From Chiloscyllium plagiosum (lineage: Eukaryota): DNA of 64,000 nt. Within the stretch, counting starts at the first letter, position 1; each line of letters starts with the position of its first letter. The translations under genes were made by a program, and so were the position numbers. Shown here one piece after another: positions 53,545 through 64,000 of the stretch. The stretch lies in contig NC_057718.1 of the NCBI RefSeq assembly GCF_004010195.1, positions 79,065,852 through 79,129,851 of the forward strand, read 5' to 3'. Below the pieces are notes generated by a model. That model saw only the letters and a list, made by a program, of their open reading frames with translations. It made no database searches and was not told the DNA's origin.

Positions 53545-53919
53545 GTAAAATGCTGTGGTTGGTCCTGTTCACTTTGACACAGCTTGAAAACAGGGCTGGG
53601 AGGTTTATTGATTTCACATCTTTTGTTAAGACACTCTTGGAATAAAATCATAGTTCTTTGTATTAAGAAATACAATGTTTTTGGCAATGTTTGCCAATTC
53701 AAGATAATTAAGATACCAACTTCCTTCAGTAACATCAGATTCCAGTGTTTATCTGACCTGTGAAGAGAAGACACCTGTTAGAGATTCTGATAAAACCTAT
53801 AGACTATATTTGAATATTGACTAAACTCAAACTAAACAGTCAAATTGTGATTCCATTATCTTGCAGTCTGTGTAACCAATATTCATTCATTGTAGTCTCT
53901 GTAACAGTCTTCTCTTGAA

Positions 53920-54382
53920 CTTTTCAGAAAGTGTTTGATAAAGTCCTATGTAACAGATTTGCATATAAACTTAAATTGCATGTGGTTGATTATAGTGTAC
54001 TGACATGGATAGGAAATTGGTTGGCAGTTGAGGAAAAATAATAGAAATATATGGGACATTTTCCAAATGGCAGGCGGCGGCTCATGAGATATGTAGGAAT
54101 CAGTGGTTGGACACCAGCTATTCACAATATATGTTAATGATTCTAGTCACACGGCACCAGGTTATAATCCAACCAGCTTAGTTAAAATCACAAGCTTTCA
54201 GAGTGCTACTCCTTCATCAGGTGAGGTCACGTGCACTTTTGTTGAAGAAGCACCTCTCTGAATGCTTGTGATTTCAAATAAATCTGTTGAACTACAACCT
54301 AGTGTCATGTGACTTCTGACTTTGTCCACCATAGTCCAATACCAGTACCTCCATATAAAGATCTTAGAAGAGGAACGTTAAA
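53920..54382 (+). mobile_element. CR1 RT left part (host of the Gypsy insertion) containing a fold-back Penelope-like insert at about 54145-54355
   Basis: FQKVFDKV and QLFTIYVND motifs; continues after 60347 with SKFANGTKL. Confidence 0.8.
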
Positions 54383-55031
54383 TGTAACAATGCTGTTCCT
54401 TTAGCAAGGTTATGTTGTCATTGTTTCTTTTTCAGAGAGATTGTAAAAGATAGATTCCAAAAAGTCTAAGTTGAAGAGTTTTAGGGCCAGTTTGATGATA
54501 GCTAACATATATGGTGTCAGACAGAAGCATTTCACGTTTAAAAAAAGCACTTGTACAATGAAAGAGGAATGGGCAGTTCTCTAGCTCAGCCATCATCTGG
54601 TATGATTTGGCTTTTTGGCAGTCTGGCTATTCACTGAAAGCAGTCAGGCAGTTTTTGAAGCTGCTGGACCCAAACAAGCAGGTCCTCCTCTCTCTCTGAC
54701 TTCTCTCCTGTAAGACCCTGGGTTTGATTTTACCTTTTGTGCCGAGGGGTGTTTATGGGGGTTGTCGCAAGTATTTTGAACAGCATCATTAAGTTGGTAT
54801 TGTCTGTTGAGTTTTTGGATTGGTTAAGTTATTCGGTATTCTGTTCTCTTTGGTTTGTGTTTCATTCGGTAGTCTTAGAAATGAATTCTGTTTTATTTAA
54901 AACTAAGTGGTTTGACCAACTGTATCTCTTCTGGAATATCTGCGTTACACCCGTTTAAAACAACTAGCAAAAGTTAGAGTGTGGGCTGCTTTCTTGAAAT
55001 GTCTTAAGGGGATCTGGCCTGGTCCCTAACA
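54383..55031 (+). repeat. 5' LTR of the Gypsy element
   Basis: Starts tgtaacaatgctg and ends ggtccctaaca; colinear with 59720-60347. Confidence 0.88.
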
Positions 55032-55033
55032 GT

Positions 55034-55052
55034 TTGGGGCTCTTTGTGGGAT
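55034..55052 (+). other. Degenerate primer-binding site, probably tRNA-Pro
   Basis: ttggggctctttgtgggat, 2 nt after the LTR, resembles the tRNA-Pro PBS TGGGGGCTCGTCCGGGAT. Confidence 0.6.
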
Positions 55053-58000
55053 TTTTCTATAGTTTCGATTTGGGATTAGGGTTGTTGGACTTGAAAGCAG
55101 TGAGTGGTAGGTGTTAGGGTCTTTTTGTCCTGGATGTTGTGTTCAGCTGATGTAAACAGTGCTTAAGATAGCAATGGCTGTTTCAGTTACTATTACAGTT
55201 TTCTGGGGATGGAAGAAGTTACTTTAGGGAGTTTTACAAAATATAATTGGGGACAAGCTGCTGGAATTAGCAAACAAGCTGGTGTTGGAGCTGCCTCCTT
55301 CCGTGAGGAAAGGAGAGATAATTGCAGCAATAGCTTAGCATTTAAATTTGCTGGTAGTGTCATCAGAATCTTTAGAGATGGCTAAAATTCAATTGAAAAT
55401 GAATCAGCTTGGGTTAGAGGCAAAGGACAAGAAAAGGGCAACAAATGAAAAAGTTTGAATTATGATTAAAAGCAGAGTGTGGAAAGGAAGAAAGAGAGGG
55501 AGTTTGAACTTCAAAAATTGGCCCTTAGACAGGGAAGTCAGCTTAAAAGGATGGAGATGAAGGCTGAAGGTAAGTTTAGTGAGGAGGAGAATGAGGATGA
55601 GCAAACCTATCATAGCCAAAGGTCTGGTGAGAAACTGTTTAAATATGTTTAAGCATTACCTAAATTTGATGAGAAGGATGGGAAGCCTTTTTCATCTCCT
55701 TTGAAAAGGTGCCTAGTGACCATGTGGGTTTTGTTGATCCAAACAAAACTTTTAGGTAGAACTAATGAGATATTTGCATAACTATCAAAGGAGGTAAAGG
55801 AAGCCATCTGAGCTTGTGCCAGAAGCCTCCAGACAACGTTTCAGGAATCTAAGGAGGGACCCTGGTCAAATATACATGGAGTTTGAAAGGATCAAACAAT
55901 TTTGATAGGTGGATAAGGGCATTAAAAATAGAGCATGCCTATGACGGTCTTAAAGAGACGATTATTTTGGAGGAGTTCAAAGTTCACTTCCTGAAGCAGA
56001 GATTTAAAATGGCAAGATTAGCAGCCTAAAGATAATGATTGAGTTGGTCCATAAATCAAAGTTTGCCTTCCAAAATCAGTTTCAATTCGTGAAGGATATA
56101 AATTGGGGAAAAGAAAAATCTTCATGTGGGAAGGGTAAGTTAGATCTCGGTGAAGATCATGAGGATAACTTACCACAGGGTAAAAAAAGAAACTCTTGGA
56201 GAGGAAAGAGAAGTTGATAAGCTCCTTTGTTTTCACTGCAGTAAAGTAGGCTATGTGAAATCACTGTATTGGTGGGTTTGGAAAAGTACTGGGAAGCCAG
56301 TGAATTTTATTGGAGTGGAAACGAAAAGCACAGTGGATGCTAGAAAGCTGCACCAGAATGTACAAGCTGATCGGAGGTTGGTTGAGGAGGAAGTGCCAGA
56401 TCATCTTAAACCATATACCTGCTTTTAATCATAATACCTGCGAAGGTAAAGGCCAGGAGCAGCAGATAACGAGGTTACAGTATTAAGAGATACAGAGCCT
56501 CTTAATCTGTGGTGCTGAAAAATGAGGAGCTATATACCTTTTGAAGGTCTATTGCCAGAAAAGGTGCTAGTAAGGGAATTCATGGTGAGACAAGAAGCAC
56601 TCAAAGTGAGGTTAGAGTACCCAGTGAAGAGTGGGGAAGTCATGGTGGGAGTACTGGACAAACTCTCAGCTCCAGGAATACAATTTGTCCTTGCTAATGA
56701 TATAGCTTATTCACAGGTTGGAGTGGTGCTTACTGTGGTTGAAAAGCAAGTCGAAACTTTGGCAGTTGAACTATTGCAAAGCACGTATCTTGGAATTTTT
56801 CCTGACTGTGTGGTAACAATGTCACAAAGCCACCAGTTGAAACAGGAGAGATCAAAGAGTACAGATAAAGTTGAAGTGGAATGAGCTGAGACCCTGTTTG
56901 ATCAGATGGTGGAGACAAACCAGGAGCAGATAAATGACAAAGCGGAGATCTTTAGCTCAGATAAATTAACTGAGTTACAGCAGAAAGATGAAAATTTAAA
57001 GCAATTGTGTCAAAAGGCATACACAGAAGGAGAATCTGAGTGCATCCCTGAATGTTATTATCTTAAAAATAATATTTTAATGAGCAAATGGAGACCATTA
57101 CATATTCAGGCAGATGAGAAATGGGCAGAAGTTCATCAAGTCGTATTGTCAATGGGTTTTGGAACGAAGGTGTTGTGAGTAGCGCACTAGCTACCATGAG
57201 GGGGTCAGTTAGGAGTGAGAAAAACTCGAGCTAAAATGCAAAAACATTTTTACTGGCTTGGACTGCACAAGGATGTAGTTGAATTTTGCCAAACATGCCA
57301 TTCATGTCAGGTAATTGGAAAACCACAGGCAGTAATAAAATCTGCACCTTTAATACACATTCTTGCATTTGAGGAACCTTTTACAAGAGTCTTAATTGAT
57401 TGCATACGACCCCTACTTAAAATAAAAAGTGGGAATCAATATTTATTAACAATCATGGATATGTCCACTAGATTTCCAGAGACCATTCCATTACGCAATA
57501 TCACAGCTAAAAGGATTGTAGAGGAATTACTCAAAATTTGCATGAGGTACAGACTACCCTCAGAGATACAATCAGATCAAGGGTCAAACTTTACATCAGA
57601 ATTATTCAAGAAAGTTACGGACAGCTTAGGAATAAAACAATTCAAATCTACTGCATACCATCCAGAGTTACAGGGAGTGTCCGAAAGGTGGCATCAGATA
57701 TTGAAGCTCATGTTGAGGGGTTATAGTCAAGACTGTCCAGATGATTAGGATAAGGGAATTCCATTTGTGCTTTTTGCAATCAGATTTGCACCAAATGAAT
57801 CGACTGAATTTGGTCCATTTGAATTAGTTTATGAGCATGAAGTGAGTGGAATGCTAAAATTGATTAAGGAGAAATTGGTAAGTCAGAATTCAGAGAACAC
57901 ATTTGAACTATGTGTCAATCTTTCGGGAACGAGTTAATAGAGTGGGTGAGTTGGCTGTACAGCATTTAAAAGTATCTCAGCATACAATGAAACAAGAAGC

Positions 58001-59709
58001 AGGCGAGAAATCAGAAATTTGCAATTTTGCTATCAGAGATAAGATGTTATTGTTACTTTCAATGATAGGTGAACCTTTAAAAGCAAGGTTTAGTGGGCCT
58101 AATTAAATCGAAAAGGAAATTGAGTGAGGTGAACTATTTGAAAAGGACTCCAGACAGAAAGAAATCTTGCAGAGTGTGTCATGCGAATATGCTCGAGATA
58201 TTTTGACAGGGAAGGAAAGCCAAAGGAGCCTGTGTTATTGGTTACAATACAGGGGGAAGAACCAAGTTCAGAGGATTCTGATTTTGACATTCCTCAAATT
58301 AAATTGGATAATGAGGAAGTTGTCAAAAATTAGGATACATTATTGAGTTACCTTCCAGAGGAAAATCAAAATGACCTGAAAGAGTTCTTACCATCACAAG
58401 GGGAGATATGTGGAAATAAGCTGGGAAGTACTAACCTAATTATGCATGATGGAGATAAAGAAGATGCTGTTATGATTAACCAACATCCTTATAGGGATAA
58501 CCCTCTAAAGTTGGCATAGGTTCAAAAGGAGATTGAATGCATGCTCCAAGATAACATAATAGAAGTGGGTTACAGTGAGTGGAGCTTTACCCATAGTAAT
58601 GGTGCCAAAATCAGATGGTACCCAACGGGTATGTGTGGACAGTCACAAAGTCAGTGCAGTTACAAAGATTCATGCATATCCAATTCTGCCTTTGGAAGAC
58701 TGTGTTGAGAAGATGGGACAAGCAACTTATATGTCTAAGTTGGACTTGCTCAGAAGATACTGGCAGGTACCTTTGTCAGAAAGAGCGAAGGCAGTTTCGG
58801 CTTTTGTAACATCGAATGGACCTTATCAGTTTGAAGTCATGGCCTTTGGTATGAAAAATGCACCAGCCACATTTCAGAGACTAACTAGTGAGGTCTTTTT
58901 TGGACTACGCAACTATCATGTATACATGATTTTTAGTCACGCATGGAAGGAACATTTGCAACATTTATCAGACTTGTTCGATCGACTTCGGAAGGCTAGC
59001 TTGATGATAAACCTGGATAAAACCTGCCAAAGCCCAAGTCACCTTCCTGGGCCATGTTATTGCACATGGACAAATGGCCCCACGGGATGCAGAAACAAAA
59101 GTGATTGGTGTGTTTTCCATACCTTCGACAAAAAGAGCAGTGCTACAGCTCCTGGGATTGATTGGATTTTATCAAAAATCGATGTAAGTGATGTGGATGT
59201 CGATGCTGTGCTCTTACAGGATGATGATGATGATGAGAAGGTAGAAAGATCTATCGGGTATTTCTCCAGGAAATTGAACGTTCTTCAGCAGAAATATTCG
59301 ACGGTTGCAAAGGAGACTTTGAGCTTGGTGTTGGCGTTACAACATTTCAATGTTGTATGTTATCAATTACGTATCTGAGACAACCATCTACACTGATCAT
59401 AACTCATTGAAGTTTGTGGAGAAATTTAAATACAAAAATGCCAGACTGTTTAGATGGACGTTTTTGTTAAAGCCATTCAATTTCACTATTGTGCATGCGG
59501 CAAAACGAGAAAACGTGATTGTTGATGCATTATTGAAGCTTGCATGAGAAACTGAGACACTCAGTCTAACAGACTGAAAAAGAATGTAGTTGTGCATGTT
59601 TGCATGTTCATACTCAATGTCATGTATATGTGTGCTTTAGGGCACAAACAGTTTCAGACTAAGGAGTTTTAAAACAAAGCCATCTTCGGATATTGATGGT
59701 TTTTTTTTT

Positions 59710-59719
59710 AAGGGGGAGG
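59710..59719 (+). other. Polypurine tract
   Basis: aagggggagg follows a T-run and lies immediately before the TG of the 3' LTR. Confidence 0.85.
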
Positions 59720-60347
59720 TGTGATGCTGCTGCTCCTTTAACAAAGTTATGTTGTCCTTGTTTTTTTTCCCCAGAGAGATTGTAAAAGACGCAGACTCCA
59801 AAATGTCTTAAGTTGAAGGGTTTTAGGACCAATGTGATTATAGCTAACATATACTGCGTCAAGCAGAAGCTTTCAAATAAAAAAAACTTGTACAATGAAA
59901 GGGGAGTGACCAGTTCTCCCAGCTCAGCTATCCTCTAGTTTGATTTTTTCTTTGACGTCTGGCTATTTACTGAAGGCAGTCAGGCAGTTGTAAAAGCTGC
60001 TAGACCCAAAGAAGCAGGTCCAGGCTGATCTCTCCTGTAAGACCTTGGGTTTGATTTTACCTTTTGTGCCAAGAGGTATTTATGGGGAATATTGCAAGTA
60101 TTGGGAAAAGCATCATAAAGTTGGTACAGTCTGTTGGGTTTTCAGATCGGTTAAGTTATTCAGTATTCTGTTCTCTTTTGTTTGTGTTTCATTGGGTAAT
60201 CTTGTAAATAAATTCTGTTTTGCTAAAACCAAGTGGTTTGACCAACTGCATGTCTCCTGGAATGACCATGTTTAAAACAACTAGCACAGTTAGGAACTGT
60301 GTTGTTTTCTTGAAATGTTTTGAAGGGGTCTGGCTTGGTCCATAACA
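59720..60347 (+). repeat. 3' LTR of the Gypsy element
   Basis: Starts tgtgatgctgctg and ends ggtccataaca; AATAAA at 60207-60212. Confidence 0.88.
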
Positions 60348-61190
60348 AGTTTCTCTAAATTTGCAAATGGCACAAAGCTGGTGGTAGTGTGAATTTGAGG
60401 AGTATACAGAGATGCTTCAGATGTGATTTGGGCAAGTTCAATGAGTAGGCAAATATACGTTGTAGTATAACACCTTATCCACTTTGATTGCAAAAATGGA
60501 AGGCAAATTATCTGAATGTTGATCGCTTGGGAAAAGGGGAGGTGCACTGACACCTGGGTTTCCTTGTACATAAGTTGGTGAAAGGAAGCATATAGGTGCA
60601 GCAGGCAGTGAAGGAGGTATGTTGGTATTCACAGAATGTTTCAAATACAAAAACAAGATGTCTTGCAGCAATTATACAGGGTCTTAAGGAGACTGCGTCT
60701 AGAGTATTTTGTGCAGCTTTAGTCTTCCATATCTGAGGAACGGTGCCCGAGCTATGAAGGGAGGTTTAAAAGCCTGATTCCTGGGATAGCAGCTCTGACA
60801 AGTTAAAATTATATTCACTGGACTTCAGCAGAATGAAGGGAGAATCTCATAGAAACCATGATTTCTAACAGGGCTAGACAGGGTAAATGCAGGAAAGATA
60901 TTCCTGATGACTAGGGAGTTCAGAACTGGGGGTTGCAGGATGAGAAAAACCGTTTAGGAATAAGATTAGAAGACATTTTTTTCATCCAGAGAGTAGTGAG
61001 CCTGGGGAATCATCTGCCACAGAAAGGCATTGAGACCAAAATATAGAATGTTTTCAAGAAGCTGGTTATAGTTCTTAGGGCTAGTAGGATCAAAGGATAT
61101 GGGGCGAAAGCAGGTACAGGGTACTGAGTTGGATGATTGGCTATCATTGTATTTAATGACAGCGCAGATTCAAAGGGCCTCTTTTCTGTT
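60348..61190 (+). mobile_element. CR1 RT right part and 3' end
   Basis: tctaaatttgcaaatggcacaaagctgg (KFADDTK-like), followed by typical CR1 3' sequence. Confidence 0.8.
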
Positions 61191-61497
61191 CATTTCATTT
61201 CCGTATTTGAGCACAGATACTCAAGTTATTTTTGAGTTGAAAATAGATGGCATTCTGAACCATTTGTTCAATCAGAGAGACTGGATAATTCCTAACAGCA
61301 GCATAGCCTATTTCCTTGTATGTGTATTTCACTGAACTTCGCATATCAAATGATTGTGTAGTATACTTTCTTTCAAAAATATGTTCTCAGTGCCTTGTGG
61401 GAAGCTGTCAACATTTACTGCGTCAAATTCTATGTTGATCATAGGTGTCTTGTACGGGTTGTCAATCACCTGCAAGTTATCAGTCAATCCTGTGCCT

Positions 61498-61942
61498 GTC
61501 ATAGTCATAAAACACTGAAACAGACCCTTCAGTCTAACTCATCACCAATCAGGCATCCCAATCTGACCTAATCCCATTTGTCAGTATATGACCCATACCC
61601 TTCTAAACCTTTCCTATTCATATACCCATCAGAATGCCTTTTCAATGTTGTAATTGTACCACCTCCACCACTTCCTTTGGCAGCCCATTCCATATGTACA
61701 CCACCTTCTACATGAAAATGTTACCCCTCAGATCCTTTTTAAATCTTTCCCCTCTTACCTTAAGCCTATGCCCTCTAGCTTTAGACTCCCACATCATAGG
61801 AAAAATACCTCGGCTATTCACCCTATCCATGCCCCTCATGATTTTATAAATCTCTATAAGGTCACCCCTCAGCCTCCGACGCTCCAGGAGAAAAAGACCC
61901 AGCCTATACAGCCTCTCCCTATAATTCAAACCCTCCAATCCC
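61498..61942 (-). mobile_element. CR1 3' fragment
   Basis: ORF 61708..61938 (YRERLYRLGLFLLERRRLRGDLIEIYKIMRG). Confidence 0.9.
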
Positions 61943-62663
61943 TATCATCCTAACAATCCAGTTTATCAGTTAAGGTGTTGGCATTCTCTTTTTTTTTGTT
62001 TGTTTGCATGGTGAAGTTTGCATGGTTTGCACCTCTGCTCCATTCAGTTGTTGAGCAGAGATTCTAAGCTCCAAGTACCGATTGGGACTGATGGACTGTG
62101 GTGAGTCAGCACCTTATTATTTGGGGCTGTTCAATTTGAGAAACCTGGTGGCTGACAGGTGACATACGGTGAACCGTCCCACTATTGGAGACATCCTACA
62201 CCACCCATTCTCCATGCCACTTGTGTTGAGTTTATCATTTGGAATTGCTGTCTCCTGCAATTTGTTTTTGTTTTTAAACTCATTTATTGAAAACTGAATA
62301 CAGAACAAGCTTGACTATTCTAACGAGACGGGTGGGGAGTATTTTGTTTGGATAACTGATCTGATTGTAAACAAAGGAAGCAATACTGAACATAATTACA
62401 AAGAAAGCATGTTTACAGAGTTTTAATTTCATTCAATTGATAAAATGTGTACAAACACTGGATATTGCTTAAAAATGAATGATATTTTACAAATAAAATC
62501 ACTTTGGCTAGAGTTTGACTGAAGTCAGTGAAATCTTTCACTGATGTTTTCCTCTGTTTTATCCTGGTCCTCGGCAGCTACCGGCATCTTTCTGTTCGGT
62601 GTTGATCCGCCGCCCAGCTTAACCAAATGTTGTCCCTCCCTCCTCTGCGACCGCTGAGCCCTT

Positions 62664-62684
62664 AGAGAGAGAGAGAGAGAGAGA
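62664..62684. repeat. (AG)n microsatellite
   Basis: Direct reading. Confidence 0.95.
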
Positions 62685-64000
62685 CGCAAAGTATAGGGGA
62701 AACATGAGAGGGGGGAAGTTTTTTGCTGACTTCAGTTTCCTTCCTCTCATCAATTTTATTTTAGGGGGTAATGTTTTCCTCGTGCTTCCTCCCGTCAAAT
62801 GTTTCTCCTGTTCATTTTCATGTGCGCTAACTCACAAGGATTTGCTCTTCCCCCATCAAAAGTTACATTAAATTTTCTTGTCAGCTTTGTTTGGGGAAAA
62901 AAAGTCTTCATGGGATAATGTGTGGAAAAAGCAATGGAAATGAAAAGTGCGAGTGCATTTTTTGATTGAACTCCCCAGAGAATAAGCTGAGGAAAACAAT
63001 TGTCACAAGCCTTTGTTCTCGGGGAGAATAAGTATCAGAGAGCCTTTTTATAAAAAGTGGAAGACTTACCTCTAACGTTACATCTCAATTATATATTTGA
63101 AGTTAATTCTTTATTAAAACATACTTGCGTCTATATTCCTGTTTAGATTTATAAAATGATGCATTAACTGGATGAGGAACAGAATTTTCCTACTTCAATT
63201 GAAATGCATGTACAGGGATCTTGTTCGGATAAGTGATGTTCGGATAACTGCAAATTGTTCTGTACTGATTTTTAAAAATCAGTTGTCGTTTGTTCCCCTT
63301 CCAAAGAAATATTGTCCTTGGGAGATAAATCTTTGCCAATGGATTTATCTGAACAAAATACAGCTTCAGGAAAAATAACAAAGCTGGAATTTCTTCAACA
63401 GAGTGCAAGTGTGGATAAATTAATGGAGACCCTTGGTTGAGGTCAAAGGAATGTAAAGAGCCATGTTTAGGATCAACTTAGTTTCAGAGTTGTTGGAAAG
63501 ATGTTGTACTTGGTTATCAGTGTGCCTCTGGGTTCTACCTTAGATTCTATGTTGGATTTTAATGCTTTTGCCTTCAATTCTCCTATAATATCCACAAGGT
63601 AGTGGAGCTATTTATTCATAAATGGGAGAGGGCATGTCTACATGCACTGGACCTGTGCACAGCAAAACTAGGTATATTGGAGTTAAATCCCTCTGCTGTT
63701 GGTCCACAGTTCGTCATGGAATACCCTGTTCTGGTCTATTCCATTTAGCATTGTGTTTGTGCCCTGATGGTGTACACAGACTCTATATTGGTCAGTTGTC
63801 TGTTGTGAATATGTATTCTGTTTGAAAAATGACGACAAGGTCAGGAGTATTCTTTTTCTTTCAACAATCTGTTAGTTGTATCTTCCGGAAGAAAGAGTCA
63901 AGTTACATTGCAATTGATTTACAATTGGTGATAGACATGAAAATGAATAATTTTGTGTCTTTGCTACACTTGATGCTTGTTCGAAGTAGCTTTCAACATG

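Larger units (their letters stand above)
54383..60347 (+). mobile_element. Decayed, nearly full-length Ty3/Gypsy LTR retrotransposon, Gmr1-like (gag-PR-INT-RT-RH)
   Basis: Two direct LTRs (TG...CA), PBS, PPT and broken ORFs. Gag has a CFHCSKVGYVKS knuckle remnant. PR: VLRDT near 56480. INT 57215-57748 (FYWLGLHKDVVEFCQTCHSCQ, LIDC, SDQGSNF, ER). RT from 58575 (LDLLRRYWQV, FGMKNAPATFQRL). RNase H to 59547 (YFSRKLN, YTDH). Confidence 0.93.

Noticed and set aside
53280..53645. 121-aa hydrophobic + ORF and antisense ORFs over the exon
   Set aside because: Off-frame or antisense shadows of the real exon at 53448-53544.
57215..59378. Integrase and RT ORFs as a possible domesticated gene
   Set aside because: Surrounded by stops and frameshifts, YxDD is missing, and both LTRs are present; consistent with neutral decay.
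63211..63264. tacag...ctgta segment with repeated gttcggataa
   Set aside because: Possibly a Tigger-like MITE remnant, but too short to support.
53545..64000. Search for the next constitutive MAP3K4 exons and the kinase domain
   Set aside because: No recognisable match found by eye; they presumably lie beyond the window.
1..64000. CRISPR arrays, operons or other prokaryotic systems
   Set aside because: The sequence is spliceosomal-intron vertebrate DNA; no regularly spaced repeat-spacer array was seen.

Overview
Eukaryotic (vertebrate) genomic DNA, most likely from a shark or other cartilaginous fish (inferred from HE1/V-SINE-like, CR1-like and Penelope-like repeats). The whole window lies inside a + strand MAP3K4 (MEKK4/MTK1) gene. 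Thirteen consecutive internal coding exons (3152-53544, 1817 nt, about 605 codons) have GT-AG borders and compatible phases. They encode the central regulatory region; neither the start codon nor the kinase domain is in the window. The introns are filled with decayed CR1/L2-type LINEs, SINEs, Penelope-like fragments carrying minimal hammerhead-ribozyme motifs and a TA-flanked MITE. A nearly full-length decayed Ty3/Gypsy LTR element (54383-60347) has the unusual Gmr1-like PR-INT-RT-RH order and a SCAN-like Gag. The most interesting unexplained stretch is a largely repeat-free block at about 61980-62800 with signatures of two possible regulated MAP3K4 alternative exons. Family assignments come from motif recognition, not database searches, and repeat boundaries are approximate unless TSDs or termini are quoted.
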